Assembly (NCBI GenBank): GCA_043228905.1
Contig: JBHGNT010000018.1
Coordinates: forward strand, 7,254,001 to 7,318,000
DNA: 64,000 nt
Origin: Azolla caroliniana
Lineage: Eukaryota; Plantae; Polypodiophyta
Direction: 5' to 3'
Shown here piece by piece: positions 1-9,444 of this stretch. Under the pieces are notes generated by a model that was not told the origin of the DNA, searched no databases, and was given only the letters and a program-made list of their open reading frames with translations. The number at the start of each line of letters is the position of its first letter. Positions within the stretch are counted from its first letter, which is position 1. The position numbers and the translations under genes are program-made.

Positions 1-370
1 GTAAAACAGAGAACAACAGAGAGAGAGAGAGACAGAGAGAGCAGAACGTAATTTCGAAATTATATCAAGACTCTGTACACACACTGTGCTAAGTAGCACT
101 ATTTATACAAGTCCTCTTGGGACTGACAGAAGTACCATGTACTTCAATGCTCACACGAGCATCTGACACTTACTACGAGACTATAGCTACCTAGTAGTCT
201 ATCCTATACTAGACTTCCGATTGGACTTCCGGTTACGGATTGCACCCGGCCTCCACTGCTTGCCGGTTCGGTTGCTCACCGTCATACCGTTCCGTTTCGC
301 CCGCTCCGTCTCACTTACCGGCTCCGGCTTATTCAGCCGATCCGGCTCCGGTTGAGCTTGCCGCTCAACA
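1..370 (-). repeat. 3' LTR of Copia A1 (partial)
   Basis: Minus strand starts TGTTGAGCGGCAAGCTCAAC, as do the LTRs at 31990 and 37313. Shares the GAGCATTGAAGTAC...CTTCTGTCAGTCC...GGACTTGTATAAA block. Confidence 0.9.
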
Positions 371-382
371 CTCCCCCTCAAG
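371..382 (-). promoter_or_regulatory. Polypurine tract of Copia A1
   Basis: CTTGAGGGGGAG immediately precedes the LTR TG on the minus strand. Confidence 0.9.
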
Positions 383-466
383 CTCAACTTGAGGTGGGGT
401 CGTAGTGTCGACCTCTGTGGCAGTCGATTCTTCCAACCGACTTCTCCTGGCGTCACTCCGCCTTGC

Positions 467-3400
467 TCACGCTCCTCGTCCGGTCCGGTCCCGTTTGCCG
501 TGACCCCTTTGGTTCTGCGCGCATAGACCCTCTCGGTCGGCATGTCTGCTCAATAGGCCCTTCTCAGCACTCACGTTGCTGTGACTCCGGCGCTTGCCGA
601 GCCGTCGGTTCTCCCACGATGGCAACGACTTCTGTTGTGTCCGTGTCCCCTTGGCCTTTAGTCGATCCGACTCATCCGGATCCATCTGTTGATCCGAGTC
701 AGCTTTCTCCGACTTGTTCCAGGTCTTGTCCGAATCGGTACACTCCGATTCGACTTTCGGCTTCAGGCCTCTCACCACATCGGACCACTTCCGTGTCTTG
801 GCCTTCTCCATGCTTCCCTCGGCTTCTTCAACCGGTGAACCGAAATCAAATTCTTCATTCGACTCCGCATCATGGTCAGTACCGTCGTGATGACCTCCGC
901 AGAACATGCACTTCTCTTCCTGAGTGCACAACTCTTCTTCACAGCCGCTTACTCTAACCTGTTCGGATGTGTCGACTTCCTTCGTCGACTCAGCTTCCTT
1001 CATCTTCTTGTCTCCTCTTCTTCTGGCTCTCCCCTTACCGACGGGTTCAACCGGTTTAGAGACTTTGCCCTTGCTTCTCCCCCTCAAGTGCGGCACGTCG
1101 AGATGCTGAACACCAAACATGTCGGTAAAGTACTGCAACTTGTCCGATCCGAGCGGCTTGGTGAAGATGTCGGCAACTTGCCGATCCGTATGAACATACC
1201 GTAGGTCAACTTCACCGCTCAGGACCCGCTCACGCACGAAGTGGTAGTGCACCTCGATGTGCTTTGTGCGAGCATGGAACACAGGGTTCCTGGCGAGCTG
1301 CAAGCTGCTCATGTTATCGCAGTAAATCGGGACCGGGGTCGGTACCTCGATCCGCAAGTCTCGCAGCAGTTGCCAAAGCCAGACAGCTTCACAAGTGGCA
1401 ACGGTAGCGGCTCGGTACTCAGCCTCAGTGCTTGACAAAGCCACTGTGGGCTGCTTCTTGCTGCTCCACGCAACGGCCACGCTACCTATGGAGAACATGT
1501 ATCCGGAAGTGGAACGGCGATCAGACGCATCGCCGGCCCAGTCAGCATCTGTGTAACCGACAAGCTCTTCGGGTATACCTCGCCGGTATAGCAGTCCCCG
1601 GTCCTTAGTGCCGCTGACATACCGTAATATACGTTGCGCGCACTGAAGGTGCTCCACAGTCAGCTTCTGCATGAACTGACTTACCATGACGACCGGATAG
1701 CTGATGTCAGGTCGGGTGATGCTTAAGTAGATTAGGCTTCCGACAACCTGTCGGAACCATTTCTCATTGCAGGCCGGTCCGGAGTTGGGACGGAGCTTCT
1801 GGTTCCGGTCCACGGGTGTGGAGACAGGTCGGCAATCCGTCATGCCGAACTTATACAGCATATTCAACACGTAATGTCGTTGTGAGAGCAATATGCTGTT
1901 GGGGGTCCGGATCACTTCTATCCCAAGAAAATAATGAAGGTCCCCCAGGTCCTTCATTTCGAATGCGTCCGACAACTGGGACTTGACGCGGTTGATTTCG
2001 GGAAGACCCGGTCCGGTGATGACTAAATCATCCACATACAAGAGTATACATACCGGACCGTCAGAGCCTTGCCGGATGAACAACAAAGAGTCTGACTTAG
2101 AGACAGCAAACCCCAGCTTACGCAACCGGTGCGTGATCTTCACGTTCCAAGCTCGGGGGGCTTGCTTCAAGCCATAAAGCGACTTCTTCAGTCGGCATAC
2201 CGCCGATTTGTTCATCTCCGATTGAAATCCGGGGGGCTGAGTCATAAAGACTTCTTCTTCAAGCTCTCCTTGAAGGAAGGCGTTCTTCACATCCATCTGG
2301 TGAAGATGCCACCCCCTTGCCACAGCAACCGCCAGTACCACACGAACCGTCGTCATCTTCGCCATAGGAGCGAAGGTCTCGTCGTAGTCGATTCCGTGGG
2401 TCTGCGCGTATCCCTTCGCTACTAACCGGGCTTTGTACCGGTTAACAGAACCGTCGGCGTTGTTCTTGACCTTGTACACCCACTTGCATCCGATCGATTT
2501 ACAGTGACGAGGAGGATCAACTAGGTCCCAAGTTTCGTTGGCATCGAGTGCCCGCATTTCTTCGTCCATAGCGGCACGCCAATTTGCGTCCTTTGCCGCT
2601 TCTGCGTAGCTCTCCGGCTCACGCACTTCTGTTACCTTAGACATGTACGCATAATGATGCGCCATGTATTCATTGTACCCGTACCGCATGACGGGATCCT
2701 TCTGGCGGGTTGATTGGCGCAACACACCGTCACCTGATTTGAGGCCCTTCTTGGCCAGTTCGGTCTTCGTTGCCGAAGATTCGCCTTTCTCCTTTCCGGA
2801 GTCGGATACGCACCGATCCGACTCATCGTTGCTGGTTTCGAATTCCGGCATCTTCCTCTTCCCCTTCTCTTTGCGCATAAACCGTTTCCTTGGTTCCTTG
2901 CGCGGGGAGAGCACAACAGAGTCTCCACCACTTGTCGTATCTTCATCTGACTGGTCCAACCGACTCAGTCGCTCGTTCGGGCCACTCAACCGCAACGATT
3001 CCGGACTCTCATCTTGAGTCCCGGCTTCATCATCCTCTTCCAAGGCTGATTCAGGCTCACTGGCCTGATCTTCCGGCATTGGGTCGGGATCGGAAGTCGA
3101 AGTCGGTACGGAGTACCAGGATGCCGATTCATCGAACTCGACATCCCGACTAGCTCGGACTTCCTTCGTCTGGGGGTTATAGCACTTATACCCCTTTTGC
3201 TCTGGAGCATAGCCGACTAGGATGCATTTTTCGGATTTTGCATCCAGCTTTCTCCGCTTCTGATCCGGCACATGCACATATGCTATGCTATCGAATATCC
3301 GAAGGTGTCTTAAGTTCGGCTTGCGCCCGAAATACAGCTCATGAGCTGACACCTTGTCACCAATGCGGTTTTGTATGTAGACAACCGTCTGGACCGCCTC

Positions 3401-4537
3401 CGCCCAGTAGAACTGGGGCATGCTCTTCTCCTCCAGCATTGTCCTTGCCGCTTCAACGAGTGTCCGATTCTTCCTTTCGGCCACACCGTTTTGCTCCGGT
3501 GTGTATCTACAGCTGAACTCTCGCCGAATTCCCTTCTGCTGTAGATAACTAGTGAATTGGCCGGAAAAATATTCCTTTCCGCCATCCGATCGAAGGCATT
3601 TGATCTTCCTCTCCGATTCCCGTTCCACCATCTTTTGGAGGCTCCGGAAACAGTCGAAGACTTCGCTCTTCCGCTCAGTGAGGTAGATCCAAGTATGTCG
3701 AGTATAGTCGTCGATGAAGGAGACGAAGTATCGGCTCCCGCCAAGGCTTACACTTTGTGCCGGTCCCCACACATCCGAATGGATGAGATCGAGCTTGTTA
3801 TGGCTCCGGTTCCGTTCGGTGTGGAATGGAAGCCGGTGTTGCTTCCCAAGTTGGCAGGCTTCACAAATTTCAGCTCTCCGGCCGCTGAACTTCGGCAAAC
3901 CGAAAACGACTTGTTTCGTTTGCAGGTCTTGAAGCCTCCGGTAGTTGACGTGGCCTATCCGCTTGTGCCATAGGTCGATGTCCAACTCGACCTTCTGTCG
4001 TTTCGCGAACAGAGCGGTGCCAATGTCATTAGTGTTGAGGATAAACATCCTCCCGTCTCTGCGCTCTTGCGCAATGACTTCGCCCTCATCCTCAATGAAG
4101 CACCTGAGGTGCGTAAACCGCACCTGCATCCCCTGGTCGACAATCTGACCGACGGACACCAGGTTCTTCGTGATCGTCGGAACGTGTAATACGTTCATCA
4201 GCTTCCCTTTCTGTCCGACGTGGCTCAGAGGGACTTCTTTGACGTGCACGATTGGGTGAGGAGTGTCATCTCCGGTTTCGACTACTCCTGGTTGATCCGG
4301 TTTCTCCAGAAAGGAGAACCACTCTTTGTGGCTTGTCATGTGGTTCGATGCGCCGGAATCCTTCGTACTCGTTCTCGTTGAAGGCGTGGAGGGTTTGCGT
4401 GTCCTGGTCTTCCGCCGACAATCGAGCCATCTTGAAGAAGTCGAGGGCGACATCTTCATCTTCCGAAACCATGTTACTTCCGTTTGAAAATCTTGCCCTC
4501 GACAGCATGTCAGCCATGGCGTTCTTCTTCCCTGCAA
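467..4537 (-). CDS. Copia Pol (PR C-part, GAG-pre-integrase, integrase, RT, RNase H, ~200-aa C-terminal extension); the first ~59 aa are off-frame Gypsy sequence
   Basis: Motifs [105 protein letters not shown]. No internal stop. Confidence 0.88.
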   Translation of the reverse strand: MQGRRTPWLTCCRGQDFQTEVTWFRKMKMSPSTSSRWLDCRRKTRTRKPSTPSTRTSTKDSGASNHMTSHKEWFSFLEKPDQPGVVETGDDTPHPIVHVKEVPLSHVGQKGKLMNVLHVPTITKNLVSVGQIVDQGMQVRFTHLRCFIEDEGEVIAQERRDGRMFILNTNDIGTALFAKRQKVELDIDLWHKRIGHVNYRRLQDLQTKQVVFGLPKFSGRRAEICEACQLGKQHRLPFHTERNRSHNKLDLIHSDVWGPAQSVSLGGSRYFVSFIDDYTRHTWIYLTERKSEVFDCFRSLQKMVERESERKIKCLRSDGGKEYFSGQFTSYLQQKGIRREFSCRYTPEQNGVAERKNRTLVEAARTMLEEKSMPQFYWAEAVQTVVYIQNRIGDKVSAHELYFGRKPNLRHLRIFDSIAYVHVPDQKRRKLDAKSEKCILVGYAPEQKGYKCYNPQTKEVRASRDVEFDESASWYSVPTSTSDPDPMPEDQASEPESALEEDDEAGTQDESPESLRLSGPNERLSRLDQSDEDTTSGGDSVVLSPRKEPRKRFMRKEKGKRKMPEFETSNDESDRCVSDSGKEKGESSATKTELAKKGLKSGDGVLRQSTRQKDPVMRYGYNEYMAHHYAYMSKVTEVREPESYAEAAKDANWRAAMDEEMRALDANETWDLVDPPRHCKSIGCKWVYKVKNNADGSVNRYKARLVAKGYAQTHGIDYDETFAPMAKMTTVRVVLAVAVARGWHLHQMDVKNAFLQGELEEEVFMTQPPGFQSEMNKSAVCRLKKSLYGLKQAPRAWNVKITHRLRKLGFAVSKSDSLLFIRQGSDGPVCILLYVDDLVITGPGLPEINRVKSQLSDAFEMKDLGDLHYFLGIEVIRTPNSILLSQRHYVLNMLYKFGMTDCRPVSTPVDRNQKLRPNSGPACNEKWFRQVVGSLIYLSITRPDISYPVVMVSQFMQKLTVEHLQCAQRILRYVSGTKDRGLLYRRGIPEELVGYTDADWAGDASDRRSTSGYMFSIGSVAVAWSSKKQPTVALSSTEAEYRAATVATCEAVWLWQLLRDLRIEVPTPVPIYCDNMSSLQLARNPVFHARTKHIEVHYHFVRERVLSGEVDLRYVHTDRQVADIFTKPLGSDKLQYFTDMFGVQHLDVPHLRGRSKGKVSKPVEPVGKGRARRRGDKKMKEAESTKEVDTSEQVRVSGCEEELCTQEEKCMFCGGHHDGTDHDAESNEEFDFGSPVEEAEGSMEKAKTRKWSDVVRGLKPKVESECTDSDKTWNKSEKADSDQQMDPDESDRLKAKGTRTQQKSLPSWENRRLGKRRSHSNVSAEKGLLSRHADREGLCAQNQRGHGKRDRTGRGA

Positions 4538-5022
4538 TGTGACAGATCTCTGGGTTTAAAGACTTGATGTAGGCGATCCACCTTAGCATAGCAAGATCTG
4601 GGGTCGCACATCCCGAGACCATTCCGAGAATTGGGAGACAATCTGTCTCTATTATCACTTCTGACCCGATCAGGTAATCTTTGTCCGTCTTCACTGCCGA
4701 CACAATACCCCAAAGTTCCCGCTTGACTTGGCCATATCTTTGTTGCCGTTCGCTGAGAACCTTTGCTCCGAACCGGACGGCATATCGCGCATTATCTTCA
4801 CCTTCTTGATTGATGACCCACCCGATTCCGGTTGGGCTCGTATCTACGGTCACGTAAATTGGTTTTCCTTCGGCATAGCCGGCCTTCCTTAGTGCCGGAG
4901 CTTCAAGAAGTAGTTTCTTTAATCTTCGCATCGCCTTTGTGTGCTCGTCTCGCCATTCGAACTTTATTCTTTTTTTTAGTAGTCCATATAACGGTTCGGC
5001 GACATGAGCGTAGTGAGGAATC
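4361..5022 (-). pseudogene. Gypsy RT-thumb/RNase H fragment, same lineage as element C
   Basis: IPHYAHVAEPLYGLLKK...VTVDTSPTGIGW...RELWG...TDCLPILGMVSGCATPDLAMLRWIAYI...NAMADMLSRARF matches 45690-46330. Confidence 0.85.
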
Positions 5023-5783
5023 GATATAAAGAAGCCAGAGGAAAGGACTGGCTACTGCAAACACTGACACCACGATCTGACCTCAAGTTGAGCTTGAGGG
5101 GGAGTGTTGAGTGAGCAAGCTCAACCGGATCCGGATCGGCTGAATAAACTAGAGTCGGATTGGTATCTGGATTGGTTTCCAGATAATATCCGGAACCAAG
5201 GGCCGGATCGGACACCCGTATCGGATTGAAACCGGTAGGCCGTTAGAGGCCTACAGATCCAGCCTAGTACGTAGGCATATTTTTGGGAGTCAGTGATAGT
5301 CGGTCATATGAGCATTGAAGGACTTGTCAGTACTTCTGTCAGTCCTTTATGGACTTGTATAAAAGTGCTCTCTGAGCACATTCTATGTACACACAATATT
5401 GAGAGTATCATTTTAAATAGAGTTTTATGTTCTGCTCTCTCTCTCTCTCTCTCTCATGTGTATGCTTATTCTCTATGTTAAGCTTCCATTAAACCTTCTT
5501 CTCTTTATTGTTACTATCCGGAAGAGCCGGTTTGGCATAAGCTTCCGCACAGTAACCTTCACAAGTTCGTTATCCAATTGGTGATGTATTAATCTTGTTT
5601 CTCAAATCTAAAGACGAGGATTCAATCTTAATCTCCCTCTCTCTCCATCTCAATCTTTCTCTCGCCATATCAATCTCTCTCAATCTCTCTTAAATACTTT
5701 CTTGCTAAAGCTAGTATAAACTTCATATCCTTCCGGTCTAGGACCTTGACGGTTCCGTCTCACAATCCGCACGTAGTGACGGA
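5023..5783 (+). mobile_element. 3' tail, PPT (about 5093-5104) and 3' LTR (from 5105) of a plus-strand family-A Copia; the LTR probably ends at CTTTCA 15719-15724 beyond the G1 insertion
   Basis: GACCTCAAGTTGAGCTTGAGGGGGAG|TGTTGAGTGAGCAAGCTCAACCGG matches 37288-37335. Similarity to the other A LTRs is clear to about 5500. The distal boundary is inferred. Confidence 0.7.
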
Positions 5784-6219
5784 TGTTAACTCTTAGGGTC
5801 GGACAATGGCCTAACACAGGGTGTCTATGGAAGACACTTCACCAAAGGGGTGTTACGGCAATAGGATTAGACTCAACGATTAATCCGACTTAATTAGGCT
5901 ACTTAGCAAGATCGTCCTTAATAATCACACGCGTAAGATATAACACTGAATGCAGAACGACAATTAACACAGAGAGATAAAAAACACTAAGCTTTATTAA
6001 TTAACCGCTGCTCATTACATTGTATCCGGGCCTTTAAATAGGTTTCCGGTTTGTATTACAAAACGGTGTCATTCGCACCTGTTCGGGATCGGTCCGGATC
6101 CGGAACGGCATACCGATTCCGGTCCGTCCGTCCACACTAATAGCTTACTTACAACCATTCCTTAATAATTAAATAACTCCTTCGTTTCACACTCTGGACT
6201 CCTATGCCGGCCGGTAACA
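5784..6219 (-). repeat. 3' LTR of G1
   Basis: TGTTA...TAACA termini; about 10 mismatches (counted by eye) versus 15278-15713. Confidence 0.95.
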
Positions 6220-6261
6220 CATGCCACGCCCGTGGGACAGTACCTTGTACGCCGAATCCAC
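6220..6261 (-). other. tRNA-Arg 3'-half-like motif at the PPT position of G1
   Basis: Element sense reads GTGGATTCGGCGTACAAGGTACTGTCCCACGGGCGTGGCA-TG-LTR, with no purine run. Homologous to 29500-29541 and 15966-15995. Confidence 0.75.
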
Positions 6262-6274
6262 CATCCGACCCTTG

Positions 6275-9049
6275 CTATTCTTCGTCCGAAATATCCAAAA
6301 TGCTTTGTTCAAGAGTCTCCAATGGTTCATCTGGAATTGGTTGTTGTTGTGGTTGCTGCTCTATTGATGGCTGCTGCGACTGGTCCTTTGGTGGCTGTTG
6401 CGGCTGCTCCTCCGTTTGTTGCTCTGACACCGACATTTCCGTCGTAGTGGTCTCCGGTTGACTGGTTCCGGCTTGGCCCTTGGCCGGCGACGGTTCCTCA
6501 TCACTAAGGTTAACCGTTGCCGCATCCCGTGCTTTTTCTTCCCGAACCCGGGATCGCTCGTAGCTCTCAAACTGGATTTGAGCGTCCAGCCTATCATCGT
6601 CTAGCTGAGCTATGAGTTGCCGGACTTGCACCAGTTGCTCATCCGCCAGGACTTGGAAGTCTTCAGCCAGCTCGTCCCGTATGGTAGTGAAGTCCTCGGA
6701 AGTCAACGTGTAACAATCATCTCCTTCCTTCCGCCAGTTTGCCACGTCTGCCCGTAGCAATTGGAGTTTCGCCGTATTTTGTGCCCACTTTGTCCACCAT
6801 CTTACGGAGCTTTCGTCAATCAAGCGTTTTGTCTGATTCAGCCATTCCCGGAGGATGCACTAAATCCGGCCCGTTCCCATCTGCGATTTGATCTCTGCAG
6901 CTTGCCGTTCCTCCTTCAATTGCTTGATGATTTTGACGTTGTCTTCCGCCTGCTCCTTGTAATGCGTCAATTTCCTTTGATATGTGCTTTGTAATTTTTG
7001 CAATACCGTTGATGCTCTCTCCTTTTCTTCCTGCTGCTGCCTCTGGAGCTCCATCCAGACCTTCTCCGCCTCGTCCAACCGTCTTGTATTTTCCGCTCGT
7101 TCGTCGGCGAGCACCGTCGCGGCCCGATCAACTTCCTGCTGGAGCTCGACCACCCGTTCCTTATGCTCCGTTTCCAGCCGTTTGTAGTTCCAGTGCAGGT
7201 GCTCAAAATCATCTGTCTTTTGTTTGAGCCGTGCGTTGATCTGTCGACAGGCCCGGTCCTCGCGGAGCTCTTCCTTTAGCCGTTCAATTTCCGTTTCCGC
7301 CGTCTTCCGCAACTTGTCCTTTTCCTGCAGCACTTTGTCTTTTTCCTCCCTTAGCCGGTCGTACGCTTGATGGCCTTTCCGGAGGCTCTCCTCTACCCGG
7401 CGGAGGTTCTCAACAGTCTTCTTTAATTCTTCTTCGGCCGCTATCTTCAATTCCCGTTCCCGGCTCCTTAGCGCTTCTTGTGCGACAAGTTCATCTCTCA
7501 ATTCCGCAAGCTCCTGGGCTTGCGCTGCATCTCTCTCTGGAACGGTTTCCGTTGCCGGGGTCTTATTAGTATGTACAGGTTGGTCTGGTTCTTTATTCTG
7601 TACACTTACCGGAGTCACCGGTGATTGGATCTGTGTTGCCGTTAAGGCCATTTTGGCCATTTCTGTCGTGACCTGATCCAAGTCTTTTTCAAGGCACCGG
7701 ATTCTAGACCGGGCCGTCTCTAGTTGTTCGGTTGTGACGAGCAACCGTTCGCTGTGCGCTCTTTCTTCCGCCTCAATATACCCCACTGCTTCGGCAATCT
7801 GTTCGCCTATCCACCGGAGCCACAGGCTACCGGTGCATTGTTGTTGCTCTTGCACAGAGGTTCGACAGATGGGCTCGCTTGTAGATGGGAGGTCCCGCCT
7901 GATTGCGCCGAGTTGCAATTCCGTTTCTGCCCGTGGACCACCCTGCTGTCCTGGTTCCCCTTCTTCTTCTTGGTTGGCCGAGGGAGGCTGCATTGACCTT
8001 TCCGGCTCTCGCGGAATGGGACTTGCAGGTGGTGCCAGTGGTGTAGGGGCTTCTGATTCCGGTGCCATGCGCACCATTTCCGGTTCCTCCCTTGGCGTGG
8101 GAGTCTCAGTATGGGGAGCAGGTGTTCCCTCCGTCTGAGGTTCCGAATGTTTCCCGGCTGCCTCAACTGTCCTTGCCGACGACCGTCGCTAGAGTTGCTC
8201 CGTAGGCTCCTCCTCTATTTCTTCCTCCTGAGCCCCAACATTGAGTTTCGACGCCAAGGGGTCCGCTTCGCTATTCACCGGTCGGCGGGGTGTAATCTTT
8301 ACGGGCCGTACCGGTGGTTCCTCCTGCGCATCCGTTGGCCGCTTCCGGCTGGCGCTCTCCTTTCCCGCCTGTTCTGCGTCCACAACCTTCCCCTTAGTGG
8401 ACTTAGAGGCCAACATCTGTTGTCTTTTGGAAGCAGTCTTTGGGGTGCCGTCCGCCACTCTTCCCCGCTTCTTGGGCTCGACGGGCTCGACGGGTGGCAC
8501 AAGCAAGGTGAGCCAATGCGTTACTGCGTGCCATATCCTCCGTCCGTCTCGGCCTTCTTTGCCATCTTTTCCTCTGACGATCTCGATCGCCGCACACAAA
8601 CCGTCTGCGATCAATACTGGCCAATCCACCTTCATCCCTTCATAGGTGGCGATGATCATCCCTGCCCGGTTCTGCGGCATGACAGGGGGTCTAGGGTACA
8701 CATGGCCGTATTCATGGAGCACACGGGCAATCTCGCGGAACAACATATCTCCACCGCCTTGTGTCCGGTAGCCCTTGCTGGCTAGGGAGTACTCACCAAA
8801 ATACTTGATGAGTTGGTCCGAGGTCGGATTGTCGATCGTGAATATGCCTCCCTCTGGAAGGCCTGTTAACACATGGATCGCCTCATCCGTTATGACCTCT
8901 GTGTCGATTTCTTTGATCACCTTGTCGGTTTCTTTGATCACCTTGTCGGTTTCCTTGTGTGGCGGTGCCTCCATAATCGTCCAGAAGCCCTTGAGCCCGT
9001 GTTGCTTTAGCCATTTCTTGGCGGCTTCCGACAGAGTTTGCGGGTCCAT
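6275..9049 (-). pseudogene. Extra ORF of G1 (~924 codons, 2 premature TAG): globular N-terminal domain, long coiled coil, acidic C-terminal tail
   Basis: ORFs 8189..9349, 6860..8077 and 6275..6823 are all in one frame, separated only by single TAG codons. Homologous to 21572-23398 plus 28734-29488 in G2. Start assumed at MDPQTLSE (9049). Confidence 0.8.
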
Positions 9050-9444
9050 GTCTGTGTCGAGGTCGGATTGTGGTGGCGAGGTTGGATGGTGATGAGAGTG
9101 AGAGTGAGAGAGTTCAGAAAGTGGGGGTTCTTTGTGCGTAGGTTCTCGTTTGATGATCTTCCAACGCCTTGGTGCTTCTGTGCTCTTGGGTTCGCGAAAG
9201 TAGAGGGTCTCCACGCGCAATGGTTTTTCTCTATGCATTCTGGTGTCTTTTTCGAGCGTGTGCACGTCGTGTACTAAAATAGCATTATGTCTTGTGGTGG
9301 CGCTTAAATGCCCACTACGTACCTTTTCGCTCCTCGCTCTCTCATCCATTCATACCTCGCTTTTGCATGATTACTTCGCTTTTTTCTTTTTCTTTTTTTG
9401 GATAAATTTTAATGTGGTGTGAGGTTAGTTGTCCGTTGGTCCTA

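Larger units (their letters stand above)
1..4360 (-). mobile_element. Ty1/Copia family A copy A1, 5'-truncated at the protease active site
   Basis: 3' LTR (1-370, runs off the window), PPT 371-382, and a continuous PR(DSGAS)-IN-RT-RH frame. Collinear with copy A2 (31990-37687). Gag and 5' LTR are missing and replaced by a Gypsy fragment. Confidence 0.92.

Noticed and set aside
4361-4537. Novel N-terminal domain of the 1356-aa Copia ORF
   Set aside because: It is an alternative frame of the adjacent Gypsy RNase H fragment that happens to be open.
4355-5022. GGAATC at both ends of the Gypsy fragment as a TSD or a Hi-C (GANTC) ligation scar
   Set aside because: The flanks belong to opposite-strand elements, so it is not a TSD, and no filled-in GANTANTC junction is seen. 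Probably coincidence, but read support should be checked.
6860-8077. Host myosin/SMC-like coiled-coil gene, or an env gene
   Set aside because: It lies between pol and the 3' LTR in both G1 and G2, is in frame with the element's extra ORF, and shows no transmembrane segment.
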